DNA from: Hyphomicrobiales bacterium
GTDB lineage: Bacteria; Pseudomonadota; Alphaproteobacteria; Rhizobiales; Aestuariivirgaceae
Assembly (NCBI GenBank): GCA_043757845.1
Contig: JAYVOQ010000059.1
Coordinates: forward strand, 6,267-70,266
Length of the DNA: 64,000 bases
Direction of reading: 5' to 3'
The notes beneath the pieces are model-generated. The model saw only the letters and a program-made list of their open reading frames with translations. It did not search any database and was not told the DNA's origin. Below are positions 47,258 to 57,083 of the stretch, piece after piece. The translations under genes were made by a program, and so were the position numbers. Every line of letters begins with the position of its first letter. Positions within the stretch are counted from its first letter, which is position 1.

Positions 47258-47701
47258 ATGTTATCCAGATATCTTCGTAGAGGGGTTGGCCTAATGGATG
47301 ACGCTTATCTGCATCACGTTTCTGTGCCCACCAAAGACGTGGCACATGCAACCACATTCTACACGGACGTTCTGGATTTCAAAAAGGTCGCCCGGCCTGC
47401 GTTTTCTCTGAATGGTTCATGGCTGCGACTTGGGGCGGCTGAAGTTCATGTGACGCATGTTCCTGACGGAACCTATCCCGCCACACGGAGTGTGGGGACA
47501 GACGACATCCACTTTGCCATTCGCGTCGGTGTTTTTGAGTCCGTGATCAAGCGGCTTAATCGATTTGGCTATCGCGACGATCTGCCGATTGATGACCCCA
47601 AGCGGGTCATCATAAAGCCAAAGAGCATGGCTGGCTATTCGCAGGTCTATATCATGGACTTCGACTTTCACCTCATCGAGATCAACGCCGCATTCAAATA
47701 A
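47258..47701 (+). CDS. VOC (glyoxalase/bleomycin resistance/dioxygenase) family protein
   Basis: About 135-147 aa with alternative ATG at 47294. Paired beta-alpha-beta-beta-beta pattern with HHVSVPTKD and HFAIRV segments. Confidence 0.7.
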   Translation: MLSRYLRRGVGLMDDAYLHHVSVPTKDVAHATTFYTDVLDFKKVARPAFSLNGSWLRLGAAEVHVTHVPDGTYPATRSVGTDDIHFAIRVGVFESVIKRLNRFGYRDDLPIDDPKRVIIKPKSMAGYSQVYIMDFDFHLIEINAAFK

Positions 47702-47738
47702 GCTGAGCTAACTAGCCTTGTCTGGCAGCACTACCTTG

Positions 47739-47840
47739 CGTGTGGCAATGAGGAAGTATTTGTGCCTCAAACAGCATTTCCGCAAATTGGCGGATCATGC
47801 GGTATTGACCGAACAAGCCAAGGCGATCAGAGCTAAGTTA
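47739..47840 (+). pseudogene. decayed remnant of a second HIT-gene 3' end
   Basis: LKQHFRKLADHAVLTEQAKAIRAKL (47766-47840) versus the HIT C-terminus LKPHSVQMADHAILAEQARKIRAEL (47091-47165). 15/25 aa and 51/75 nt are identical by hand count. The histidine triad is not preserved upstream. Confidence 0.55.
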
Positions 47841-47854
47841 GAACCATCTTGCGA

Positions 47855-50236
47855 CTATTTCACCTTGGAGGGCTTCTTGACCTTTTTCACGGCAACACGA
47901 GACCTTGGCAGGGCTTTGCGTTCCGGTGGTTTGGGCAGTGCTTTTTCATCTTCGCGGCTGAGATAAGCGAATAGCAACTTGCCGTCCTTCAGCAAGATGC
48001 GCACGGTGCCGCCACCAGCGAGTTTGCCGAAAAGCAATTCCTCGGCCAGTGGCTTCTTGATCTCTTCTTGAATAACACGCGCCAAAGGCCTTGCACCCAT
48101 TTGTTGATCATAGCCTTTGTCGGCCAAATAGTCGGCCGCTTCGGCTGAAAGCTCGATGTTGACTTGCCGCTCGGCCAATTGGGCTTCCAGTTGCAATACG
48201 AATTTCTCAACCACTTTACGCACTACTTCCTTCGGCAAATGCCCAAAGGAAACAACAGCATCCAAGCGGTTGCGGAATTCAGGTGTGAAGAGTTTAACGA
48301 TGGCTTCCTGATCATCACCCTCACGCCTGTTTTGCGTGAAGCCCATGGCTGAGCGGGCCATATCTTGGGCACCCGCATTGGTAGTCATGATCAGCACAAC
48401 ATTGCGGAAATCAATTTGCTTGCCGATGTTGTCAGTCAACTTGCCATGGTCCATCACCTGCAGAAGGATGTTGAACAAGTCTGGGTGGGCCTTTTCGATT
48501 TCGTCGAGTAGCAAGACACAATAGGGGTTTTGATCAACGCCGTCTGTGAGCAATCCACCTTGGTCAAATCCCACATAGCCCGGAGGTGCGCCGATCAAAC
48601 GGCTGACACTGTGGCGTTCCATATATTCCGACATATCGAAGCGTAATATTTTGACGCCCAGAACTTCCGCCAAGCGCTTAGCAACCTCGGTTTTGCCAAC
48701 GCCTGTTGGACCAGAGAACAAGTAAGAGCCGATGGGCTTTTCAGGCTCACGCAGACCCGCACGCGCCAATTTAATAGCGGCGGTGAGTTGATCGATGGCT
48801 TTATCTTGGCCGAATACTAAACGCTTTAATTCAGCATCTAAGTTTTTCAACACTGTTGCATCATCACGCGAAACAGTTTTGGGCGGGATGCGGGCCATAG
48901 TGGCGATGGTGACTTCAATATCCGTAACGTCGATGATCTTTTTACGCTGGTCCTCAGGCACCAACATTTGTGAAGCACCCGTTTCGTCAATAACGTCGAT
49001 GGCTTTGTCTGGGAGTTTCCGGTCTGCCATATAGCGCGATGAAAGTTGCACAGCGCTTTCAACAGCCGCATCAGTGAATTTCACTTTGTGGAATTCTTCG
49101 TAATAAGGCTTTAGACCTTTGAGGATGGCAATCGCATCGGGAATGGACGGCTCATTCACATCAATTTTCTGGAAACGGCGCACGAGGGCGCGGTCTTTTT
49201 CAAAGTGCTGGCGATATTCTTTGTAGGTGGTCGAGCCAATGCAGCGCAATGTGCCCGCGGCCAGCGCCGGTTTTAATAGATTTGAGGCATCCATCGAGCC
49301 GCCAGACGTGGCCCCCGCTCCAATGATGGTATGAATTTCGTCTATGAATAGAATAGAGCCCGGTTTTGATTCAATTTCCTTCATCACAGCTTTCAAGCGT
49401 TCTTCGAAATCACCACGATAACGTGTGCCAGCCAAAAGCGAACCCATATCCAGCAAATAAATGGTGCAGTCTTTCAGAACAGCTGGAACTTCACCTTTGA
49501 TGATCTTACGGGCCAAGCCTTCGGCGATGGCGGTTTTTCCAACGCCCGGCTCACCAACGAAAAGGGGATTATTCTTGGTACGACGACAAAGAATTTGGAT
49601 CGTGCGGTTCACTTCCGTCATGCGGCCAATCAGCGGATCAATTTTGCCTTCGCCCGCCTTTTTGTTCAGGTCTGTGCAATAGGCGTCAAGGGCCGATTCC
49701 TTCTGCTTGCCGCCTTTGCCTTGCGGTGCGCTTTGCTCATCACCCACGTTTTCGCGCTCATCTTCCGTGCCCCGCACCGCGCGACTTTGGGATTGGCCTT
49801 TTTTGGCAATTCCGTGGGAAATAAAGTTCACGGCGTCATAGCGCGTCATATCTTGCTCTTGCAGGAAATAAGCCGCGTGGCTTTCACGTTCAGCGAAAAT
49901 GGCCACTAAAACATTGGCACCGGTAACTTCGTCGCGGCCCGAAGACTGAACATGAATGACGGCGCGTTGGATAACGCGCTGGAACGATGCGGTGGGTTTG
50001 GCCTCTGCCACATTGTCGGTGATCAGGTTGGACAATTCATTGTCGATATATTCTTCAAGATTGTCGCGCAAGTCTTCCACGTCAACACCGCAGGCCTTCA
50101 TCACATCAAGAGCATCTTGATCTTCGGTGAGGGAAAGCAACAAATGTTCCAAAGTCGCTAACTCTTGGCGGCGTTGGGCCGCAAGAGACAAAGCGCGGTG
50201 CAGGGCCTTTTCAAGGCTGCGAGAAAATGTGGGCAC
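47855..50236 (-). CDS. clpA: ATP-dependent Clp protease ATP-binding subunit ClpA
   Basis: Two AAA+ modules ([16 protein letters not shown]). GTG start with AAGGA upstream. Basic C-terminal extension of about 35 aa. Confidence 0.96.
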   Translation of the reverse strand: MPTFSRSLEKALHRALSLAAQRRQELATLEHLLLSLTEDQDALDVMKACGVDVEDLRDNLEEYIDNELSNLITDNVAEAKPTASFQRVIQRAVIHVQSSGRDEVTGANVLVAIFAERESHAAYFLQEQDMTRYDAVNFISHGIAKKGQSQSRAVRGTEDERENVGDEQSAPQGKGGKQKESALDAYCTDLNKKAGEGKIDPLIGRMTEVNRTIQILCRRTKNNPLFVGEPGVGKTAIAEGLARKIIKGEVPAVLKDCTIYLLDMGSLLAGTRYRGDFEERLKAVMKEIESKPGSILFIDEIHTIIGAGATSGGSMDASNLLKPALAAGTLRCIGSTTYKEYRQHFEKDRALVRRFQKIDVNEPSIPDAIAILKGLKPYYEEFHKVKFTDAAVESAVQLSSRYMADRKLPDKAIDVIDETGASQMLVPEDQRKKIIDVTDIEVTIATMARIPPKTVSRDDATVLKNLDAELKRLVFGQDKAIDQLTAAIKLARAGLREPEKPIGSYLFSGPTGVGKTEVAKRLAEVLGVKILRFDMSEYMERHSVSRLIGAPPGYVGFDQGGLLTDGVDQNPYCVLLLDEIEKAHPDLFNILLQVMDHGKLTDNIGKQIDFRNVVLIMTTNAGAQDMARSAMGFTQNRREGDDQEAIVKLFTPEFRNRLDAVVSFGHLPKEVVRKVVEKFVLQLEAQLAERQVNIELSAEAADYLADKGYDQQMGARPLARVIQEEIKKPLAEELLFGKLAGGGTVRILLKDGKLLFAYLSREDEKALPKPPERKALPRSRVAVKKVKKPSKVK

Positions 50237-50313
50237 AGACTGACATCCTTATTGGTACTTACAGTATATAGGGCGAAACAAGGCTTTGGGGAGTCCCATC
50301 CTAAAAAGTTAAT

Positions 50314-50637
50314 TTATGCGGGCTCTATGGTACATTGCAGAGGATGGCCGTTTTCTCTGGCCAAGTCCATCACCTGAGCCATTTTGGTTTCAGCCACTTC
50401 AAAAGTGTAAACGCCGCAAACGCCAACGCCCTTGGTGTGGACATGCAACATAATTGTGGTCGCATCTTCGTGCGATTTATTAAATACGCTTTCCAAAACA
50501 TAAACCACAAATTCCTGCGGCGTATAGTCGTCATTCAGCAATAACACTTTGTAGAGTGTTGGCTTTTTTGTTTGGGTCTTAGTGCGCGTGATGACTTGAG
50601 TGTCAGAGTCTTCACGCCGAGTGGGTTGCTTTGGCAT
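50314..50637 (-). CDS. clpS: ATP-dependent Clp protease adaptor ClpS
   Basis: 107 aa with the core [17 protein letters not shown]. Confidence 0.93.
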   Translation of the reverse strand: MPKQPTRREDSDTQVITRTKTQTKKPTLYKVLLLNDDYTPQEFVVYVLESVFNKSHEDATTIMLHVHTKGVGVCGVYTFEVAETKMAQVMDLARENGHPLQCTIEPA

Positions 50638-50681
50638 GATGCTAATATAGGCAGTTCTTTTGTTTCGTCAAAAGGATGCGT

Positions 50682-52703
50682 CTAAACGTCTAATTCCGCA
50701 ACTGAAACAAATTCAGCGCGGGCAGTTATAAAGTTAAAACGTTCTTCGGGTTTATTGCCCATTAATTGCTCAACCGTCCGCGCCGTTACAGCTTGAGCTG
50801 CTTCTTCAGTTGTTACACGCAAAAGCGTGCGGCGAGCTGGATCCATGGTCGTTTCTTTCAATTGCGCAGCCATCATTTCGCCAAGGCCTTTGAACCTGCC
50901 CACCTCAACTTTGCCACGGCCACCGATGGTTTTCATCAGTTCATCACGGTCTGCGTCATTGCTCGCATAGACGGTTTTGCCGCCTTGGGTGAGGCGGTAG
51001 AGCGGTGGCACTGCCAGATAAAGATGCCCTTGTTCAATAATTTTAGGCATTTGGCGATAAAAGAAGGTCATCAACAGTGCGGCAATATGTGCGCCGTCCA
51101 CGTCTGCGTCTGTCATGATGATGATTTTATCATATCGCAAATCGTCTTCGCGGTAAGACGCACCCATGCCGCAGCCAATGGCTTGAACAAGATCACCGAT
51201 CTGTTGATTGGCTGAGAGCTTATCTTTCCCGGCACTTGCAACATTAAGGATTTTGCCGCGCAATGGCAGCACCGCTTGCGTCACGCGGTTGCGGGCCTGC
51301 TTGGCGGAGCCGCCAGCCGAGTCACCTTCCACGATGAATAATTCAGAACCTTCTGCCATTGTTGCTGAGCAATCTGTCAGTTTGCCGGGCAAACGAAGTT
51401 TGCGCACCGCTGTTTTGCGACCCACTTCTTTTTCTTGCCTGCGGCGAACGCGCTCCTCAGCGCGGTCTATGATCCAACTCAACAACTTATCAGCTTGCGC
51501 GGGGTGGCCTGTCAACCAATGATCAAAATGGTCGCGCACCGTCGTTTCAACTATTCTGGTGGCTTCAAAGGTGGCAAGTTTGTCTTTGGTTTGGCCTTGG
51601 AATTCGGGCTCACGAATAAATACAGAAAGCATGGCACCTGATTGCACCATCACATCATCTGCGGTGATCACCCCTGCCCGCTTATTGTTGGCTAAGTCCG
51701 CATAGTCTTTCAATGACCGCAGTAATGCATAACGGAAGCCGGTTTCATGGGTGCCGCCATCGGGCGTGGGAATAATGTTGCAATAGGATGAGATAAATCC
51801 ATCGTCGCCGCCAAACCACGCAATCGCCCATTCAACAGTGCCATGGTTTCCCACTTTTTCAACGCGACCAGAGAAAATCTCATCAACCACGCGGGTGGTG
51901 CCCTCTAGGCGTTCTTCTAAATAGTCCTTCAGGCCGCCGGGGAAGTGGAACACCGCCTCTTCGGGAATGTCTTTATCTTTGATCAAGCCTTTGTCGCAAT
52001 GCCAGCGAATTTCTACGCCGCCGAAGAGGTAAGATTTGGAGCGGGCCATTTTATAGAGCCGCGTTGGGTTAAACGCCGTATTGCCTTTGCCAAAGATTTG
52101 TTCGTCTGGCTTAAACTTTACCATGGTGCCGCGCCTGCCCGACACTTTGCCCAGCTCTTGCAGTTTTCCTAATGGTTTCCCCCTGCGAAATTCTTGTCGA
52201 TAAAGTTGGCCGCCGCGGGCCACTTCAACAATGATATGTTCAGACAGTGCGTTGACCACTGAAACACCAACGCCGTGCAAGCCGCCGGAGGTTTCGTAAG
52301 CGCCTGAGTCAAATTTACCGCCAGCGTGAAGCATGGTCATAATCACTTCAAGGGCAGATTTATCCTTGAATTTCGGATGCGGATCAACGGGCATACCGCG
52401 ACCATTATCGCTTACGGCAAGATAGCCATCTTCGGTGAAGCTCACCTCAATGCGCGTGGCATGGCCCGCAACGGCTTCATCCATCGCATTATCTATCACT
52501 TCGGCAAAAAGGTGATGCAGCGCCTTTTCGTCGGTTCCACCGATATACATGCCTGGCCTACGGCGCACGGGCTCCAAACCTTCAAGCACCTCAATGTCGG
52601 CGGCCGTGTAGCTGTCTTCACCGCGAGACTTAGCCGTAGCCCTTGCTTTGGGGGCTTCTGGTAGATTGCCGAATAGGTTATCGTCGCTGGGTTTCTTGGC
52701 CAT
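50682..52703 (-). CDS. parE: DNA topoisomerase IV subunit B
   Basis: GHKL ATPase plus Toprim (EGDSAGG, PLRGKILNV). At 673 aa it is ParE-length rather than GyrB-length. Confidence 0.88.
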   Translation of the reverse strand: MAKKPSDDNLFGNLPEAPKARATAKSRGEDSYTAADIEVLEGLEPVRRRPGMYIGGTDEKALHHLFAEVIDNAMDEAVAGHATRIEVSFTEDGYLAVSDNGRGMPVDPHPKFKDKSALEVIMTMLHAGGKFDSGAYETSGGLHGVGVSVVNALSEHIIVEVARGGQLYRQEFRRGKPLGKLQELGKVSGRRGTMVKFKPDEQIFGKGNTAFNPTRLYKMARSKSYLFGGVEIRWHCDKGLIKDKDIPEEAVFHFPGGLKDYLEERLEGTTRVVDEIFSGRVEKVGNHGTVEWAIAWFGGDDGFISSYCNIIPTPDGGTHETGFRYALLRSLKDYADLANNKRAGVITADDVMVQSGAMLSVFIREPEFQGQTKDKLATFEATRIVETTVRDHFDHWLTGHPAQADKLLSWIIDRAEERVRRRQEKEVGRKTAVRKLRLPGKLTDCSATMAEGSELFIVEGDSAGGSAKQARNRVTQAVLPLRGKILNVASAGKDKLSANQQIGDLVQAIGCGMGASYREDDLRYDKIIIMTDADVDGAHIAALLMTFFYRQMPKIIEQGHLYLAVPPLYRLTQGGKTVYASNDADRDELMKTIGGRGKVEVGRFKGLGEMMAAQLKETTMDPARRTLLRVTTEEAAQAVTARTVEQLMGNKPEERFNFITARAEFVSVAELDV

Positions 52704-52732
52704 TCTGTCTCATTTCGAATCGGATGCTTAAT

Positions 52733-53029
52733 ATGACAATTGCCTGCTTGGAATTCCAGTCACCTGTGACACTAGTTGCAGCTTCGTTGATTTTTCTCTT
52801 TGGCCTAGGAACATCGGCATATAGCGAAGAAGTGAAGTTAGCCGGCCCCCAAATCACAGATGCGCCGAGCGAAAAAGAACTCAAAGGCAGCGACAACGGC
52901 CAAGTCAGCATACAAATCTTTCGTTCCAACGGGGCAACTTTTTATTCTGTTGGCCAAGCCCATCAGATTGGAAATTGGAAAATTGTTGCGGGTCAGTATT
53001 GTTCGGTTTGGCCGCCATCAGAACATTGA
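52733..53029 (+). CDS. small secreted protein of unknown function, interrupted by an in-frame TGA (coding-like sequence continues to 53116)
   Basis: ATG 52733. Signal peptide LVAASLIFLFGLGTSAYS. After TGA 53027-29 the same frame reads VCYDVFQEGNAIRFVSPSGTSVTYSLTN then TAG. Confidence 0.45.
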   Translation: MTIACLEFQSPVTLVAASLIFLFGLGTSAYSEEVKLAGPQITDAPSEKELKGSDNGQVSIQIFRSNGATFYSVGQAHQIGNWKIVAGQYCSVWPPSEH

Positions 53030-53201
53030 GTTTGTTATGATGTTTTCCAAGAAGGCAATGCCATTCGCTTCGTTTCACCCAGCGGCACGAGCGTCACATA
53101 TTCTTTGACCAATTAGCAACCAGATGTGCGATTAGAAAAATCTTGCTGCACCGTGCCGTTCTGATAGTGATGCCCACTTAAATTTTGTGGAGTTAAAGTT
53201 C

Positions 53202-54629
53202 ATGGCAAGGTGGCCCATACACGCATCTTGGAAAGGTCCGATTGTCATGATCGGTTATGGTTCGATTGGACGCGGCAGTTTGCCATTGATTTTGCGTCAC
53301 ATCGGTTGTCAGCCATCGCAAATCACGATTGTGGAACCACTTGATACTTTTAAAGCCATGGCCAAACAATATGGCGTGAATTTTCGCCAAGCAGCACTGA
53401 CGCGTGAAAACCATAAGGGCATTATGAGTCCGTTGTTGGCGTCGCCGCACCAAGCCTTGATCATAAATCTGTCAGTTGATGTTGATAGCGTTGACATGAT
53501 GCGCTTTGCGCGCGAGGTCAACGCGCTCTACATCGACACCGTGGTGGAGCCATGGGCAGGATTTTATTACAACGGCAAAGTGGATAACGCGCTGCGCACC
53601 AATTATGTGCTGCGGGAGAATCTACTGAAATGGAAAAAACGTTTGGGCAAAGGTGTAACTGCCGTTTCCTGCTGTGGTGCCAACCCGGGCATGGTGTCTT
53701 GGTTTGTAAAGCAAGCACTTTTGCATTTGATCCATGAAACCGAGGCCCGCTATCCCAAACCGAAAAACCGTGAAGACTGGGGTAAGCTTGCTAAAAAACT
53801 TGGCGTGAAGGGAATTCATATCGCAGAGCGCGATACACAAGTTTCGTCACGGCCTAAGCCTTTGGGCACTTTCGTCAATACGTGGTCGGTTGAGGGCTTT
53901 ATTTCAGAAGGTAAACAGCCGGCTGAATTGGGCTGGGGCACACATGAAAAGAAGCTTCCAGCAAATGCTCGCAAACATCGACGGGGTTGCAAGGCGGCAA
54001 TCTTTTTGGAAAGTCCAGGAGCTGATACGCGCGTGCGCAGTTGGGTTCCAGGCATCGGCCCGCAGTTTGGCTTCTTGGTTACACATAATGAAGCGATTTC
54101 CATCGCCGACTATTATACGGTGAAGCGTGGCAAAGAAGTAACTTATCGCCCCACCTGCCATTATGCCTATCACCCTTCCAATGATGCTGTGTTGTCCTTG
54201 CACGAAATGTTCGGTCGTGGAGGCACACATCCGATCAACCAACACATCATGTCGCCGGAAGAAATTATTACAGGTGAAGATAAGTTGGGTGTTCTGCTCT
54301 ATGGCCACAAGAAAAACGCCTATTGGTTTGGCTCTGAATTGACGATTGAAGAAGCGCGGCATTTGGCACCCCATCAATCTGCGACTGGCCTGCAAGTGAC
54401 TTCGGCCGTTCTGGCCGGCATTGTTTGGGCGATCGAAAACCCGCGTGCAGGAATTGTCGAGACTGATGAGATGGATTTTGAGCGCTGCTTGGAAGTGCAA
54501 ATGCCTTATCTAGGGCCCGTGAATGGCTATTATACGGATTGGACTCCACACAAGGGGTTTGATGGCCTGTTCGGTGGGCCGCCGGATAAGAAAGACCCTT
54601 GGCAGTTTTCCAACATTTTGGTGAAGTGA
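53202..54629 (+). CDS. hss: homospermidine synthase
   Basis: 475 aa from ATG 53202. WPIHASWKGPIVMIGYGSIGRGSLPLILRH NAD-binding start and the saccharopine-dehydrogenase-like fold typical of bacterial HSS. Confidence 0.85.
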   Translation: MARWPIHASWKGPIVMIGYGSIGRGSLPLILRHIGCQPSQITIVEPLDTFKAMAKQYGVNFRQAALTRENHKGIMSPLLASPHQALIINLSVDVDSVDMMRFAREVNALYIDTVVEPWAGFYYNGKVDNALRTNYVLRENLLKWKKRLGKGVTAVSCCGANPGMVSWFVKQALLHLIHETEARYPKPKNREDWGKLAKKLGVKGIHIAERDTQVSSRPKPLGTFVNTWSVEGFISEGKQPAELGWGTHEKKLPANARKHRRGCKAAIFLESPGADTRVRSWVPGIGPQFGFLVTHNEAISIADYYTVKRGKEVTYRPTCHYAYHPSNDAVLSLHEMFGRGGTHPINQHIMSPEEIITGEDKLGVLLYGHKKNAYWFGSELTIEEARHLAPHQSATGLQVTSAVLAGIVWAIENPRAGIVETDEMDFERCLEVQMPYLGPVNGYYTDWTPHKGFDGLFGGPPDKKDPWQFSNILVK

Positions 54630-54669
54630 ACTCCTTTTGAATTTCCAGATTTGGGCGTAACTCAAGACC

Positions 54670-56460
54670 ATGTCCCAGATTCGCAAAATTCTCGCATTGA
54701 TGACCCTTGTCTTCGCTTTGGTCGCACCTGCTTGGGCCGCGCCTAAGCATGGTATTGCCATGCATGGAGAGCCAGCTTTGGCGGAGGATTTCACATTCCT
54801 GCCCTACGCTAATCCCGCGGCTCCGCAGGGCGGTATTCTGCGACAGGCGGTGGTAGGAACTTTTGATAATCTCAATCCCTTCATTGTGAAGGGCAACACT
54901 GCCACAGGTGCGCGCACTTATGTGTTCGAAAGCCTGATGGGACGTAATTTGGCTGAACCATTTTCGCTTTACGGACTATTGGCCGAAAGTATTGATGTTT
55001 CTGATGATCGCCAGACTTTCACATTTAAAATTAGGTCGCAGGCGAAATTTTCTGACGGAACCGCAGTTACTGCCGCAGATGTACAGTTTTCACTGGAAAC
55101 GCTGCGCGATCATGGGCGGCCCAATTATAAAAATAACTATTCCAAAATTTCTAAAATCGAGATTATGGATGATCACACCATCACCTTTCATCAAGAAAAA
55201 GGTGATCTGGAACTTCCTTTGGTCATCGCGTTGATGCCAATTTTGCCGAAAGCGGCTTGGGTGGGCAAAGATTTCGAGGCGTCATCACTTGATTTTATAT
55301 TGGGCTCTGGGCCTTATATGTTTAGCGAGGTGAAGCCGGGCGAGAGTGTTACCCTCAAAAAGAATTCAAATTATTGGGGCAAAGATTTAGCCATCAACAA
55401 GGGCCTTTGGAATTTTGATAAGCTGCGTTTTGATTATTACAAAGATGGTAATTCAGCTTTTGAAGCTTTCAAGAAGGGCGATGCCGATATCAGGCAAGAA
55501 AGTGATCCGGTTCTGTGGTCAACTGCCTATAATTTCCCGGCCGCAAAAGATGGTCGTGTAAAGCTTGAAACTTACGTCGCCAAATTGCCAGCACCCGCGT
55601 TCGGATTTGGTTTCAACACGCGTAAAGCCATATTCTCGGATGTGCGCGTGCGGGAGGCATTAACTTATGCCTTTGATTTTGAATGGGCCAATGCCAACCT
55701 TTTTGCAGGGTTGGATAAGCGCATTTATGGCTATTATTCTGGTTCTATGATGTCGTCTTTGGGCAAGAAGGCTGAAGAGGCGGAGCTTTCGGTGCTAGGC
55801 GACGCAGCTAAAACTTTGCGACCGGACATGTTGGACGGCACTTACAAATTACCAGTTTCCGACGGCTCTGGGCATGACCGCAAACTGCTAAAAAAAACGA
55901 TTGATTTGCTGGCAGCGGCGGGATGGAAAGTGACAGACGCTGGATTGATCAATGGAATGGGTGAAGCACTCGCTTTTACGATTACCATTCAAAATCCTGA
56001 GCAAGAAAAGATCGCGCTGCACTTTCAACGCACCCTCCAGCTGATCGGCGTAAAGGTTGAGGTCAAGAAAGTTGACGACACAGCCTTCAAGCAACTGCAA
56101 ACGACTTATGACTACGATATGATCCCGATGTCGATTTACAATTCCTTATCGCCCGGCAATGAGCAGACACTATATTTTGGGTCTTATGGTCGTGAAACGC
56201 AGGGCACGCGCAACTATTCAGGCATAGCTGATCCGGCGGTGGATCATGCTATTGAAGCCATGCTGCGCGCCAAGGGCCAAGCTGAATTTGAGGCCGCCGT
56301 GCATGCTGAAGATCGGCTTTTGGTTTCAGGGTTTTATATGGTGCCCCTTTATGCGGTGGATCAGTGGGTTGGCCGATGGTCACGCATTGGTTCAAATCCC
56401 GCCGACAAGCAACCTTTGGCGGGCTTTGAAACCACTACTTTATGGTTTGAAAACAAATGA
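54670..56460 (+). CDS. ABC transporter substrate-binding protein, family 5 (peptide/YejA-like)
   Basis: Signal peptide MSQIRKILALMTLVFALVAPAWA, 596 aa, SBP_bac_5-like. No permease or ATPase genes are adjacent. Confidence 0.8.
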   Translation: MSQIRKILALMTLVFALVAPAWAAPKHGIAMHGEPALAEDFTFLPYANPAAPQGGILRQAVVGTFDNLNPFIVKGNTATGARTYVFESLMGRNLAEPFSLYGLLAESIDVSDDRQTFTFKIRSQAKFSDGTAVTAADVQFSLETLRDHGRPNYKNNYSKISKIEIMDDHTITFHQEKGDLELPLVIALMPILPKAAWVGKDFEASSLDFILGSGPYMFSEVKPGESVTLKKNSNYWGKDLAINKGLWNFDKLRFDYYKDGNSAFEAFKKGDADIRQESDPVLWSTAYNFPAAKDGRVKLETYVAKLPAPAFGFGFNTRKAIFSDVRVREALTYAFDFEWANANLFAGLDKRIYGYYSGSMMSSLGKKAEEAELSVLGDAAKTLRPDMLDGTYKLPVSDGSGHDRKLLKKTIDLLAAAGWKVTDAGLINGMGEALAFTITIQNPEQEKIALHFQRTLQLIGVKVEVKKVDDTAFKQLQTTYDYDMIPMSIYNSLSPGNEQTLYFGSYGRETQGTRNYSGIADPAVDHAIEAMLRAKGQAEFEAAVHAEDRLLVSGFYMVPLYAVDQWVGRWSRIGSNPADKQPLAGFETTTLWFENK

Positions 56461-57083
56461 AGATTGAAGTTGTGTCCGACATTATTTGCCCTTGGTGTTT
56501 TCTTGGAAAGCGACGCTTAAACAAAGCTTTGTCTCTCATTCCAGAGATTTTAGCTGAGGTTATTTGGCGACCGTTTTTCTTGGATCCGTCTATTCCCGCT
56601 GAGGGATTGAGCCGCGAAAAATATATGAAAGACAAGTTCGGTAACCGTGATTTGAAGGCGATGCACAAACCTCTAGAAGAGGCTGGTGCAAAGGACGGCG
56701 TGCCTTATCATTTCGACAAAATCACCCGCACACCCAACACGCTGGATGCGCACCGTTTGATCCGCTGGGCCAAACAGGCGGGCAAACAACAAGCCGTGGT
56801 TGAGGCCCTATTCGTGGCCTATTGGCGCGATGGCAAGGATGTGGGTGATCACAAAGTTCTGGCTGAACTAGCCACGTTCGTCGGCATGGACGGCAAAGAA
56901 ATATCTATTCTGCTGTCACAAGAAACGGACAAGCGCGAGGTGATGGAAGAAGTTGAGAAGGCCTATCAACTTGGCGTGCAAGGTGTGCCCACTTTCATCA
57001 TCGACAACAAATACGGTGTGTCGGGTGCGCAGGAGGCCGAGGCCTTGGCGGATATGATACGACAAGTGGTGGCAAAGTCTTAA
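56457..57083 (+). CDS. DsbA-family (FrnE/2-hydroxychromene-2-carboxylate isomerase-like) thiol oxidoreductase, no signal peptide
   Basis: CPWC motif at the N-terminus. ATGA overlap with the SBP gene. Confidence 0.8.
   Translation: MKIEVVSDIICPWCFLGKRRLNKALSLIPEILAEVIWRPFFLDPSIPAEGLSREKYMKDKFGNRDLKAMHKPLEEAGAKDGVPYHFDKITRTPNTLDAHRLIRWAKQAGKQQAVVEALFVAYWRDGKDVGDHKVLAELATFVGMDGKEISILLSQETDKREVMEEVEKAYQLGVQGVPTFIIDNKYGVSGAQEAEALADMIRQVVAKS

Noticed and set aside
47718-47966. 82-aa ORF downstream of the VOC gene as a real gene
   Set aside because: Its 3' 112 nt run antisense through the clpA coding end, and it has no SD. Its only recognisable part is the decayed HIT C-terminus, so it is treated as a pseudogene remnant.
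53027-53029. TGA read as Trp (genetic code 4) or as selenocysteine
   Set aside because: Many well-supported genes in the window terminate at TGA (for example rnr, the cysG-like gene, ridA and the GDPD gene), so TGA is a stop here. No convincing SECIS-like hairpin follows the codon and no sel genes are in the window. A pseudogene or read-through is kept as a finding instead.
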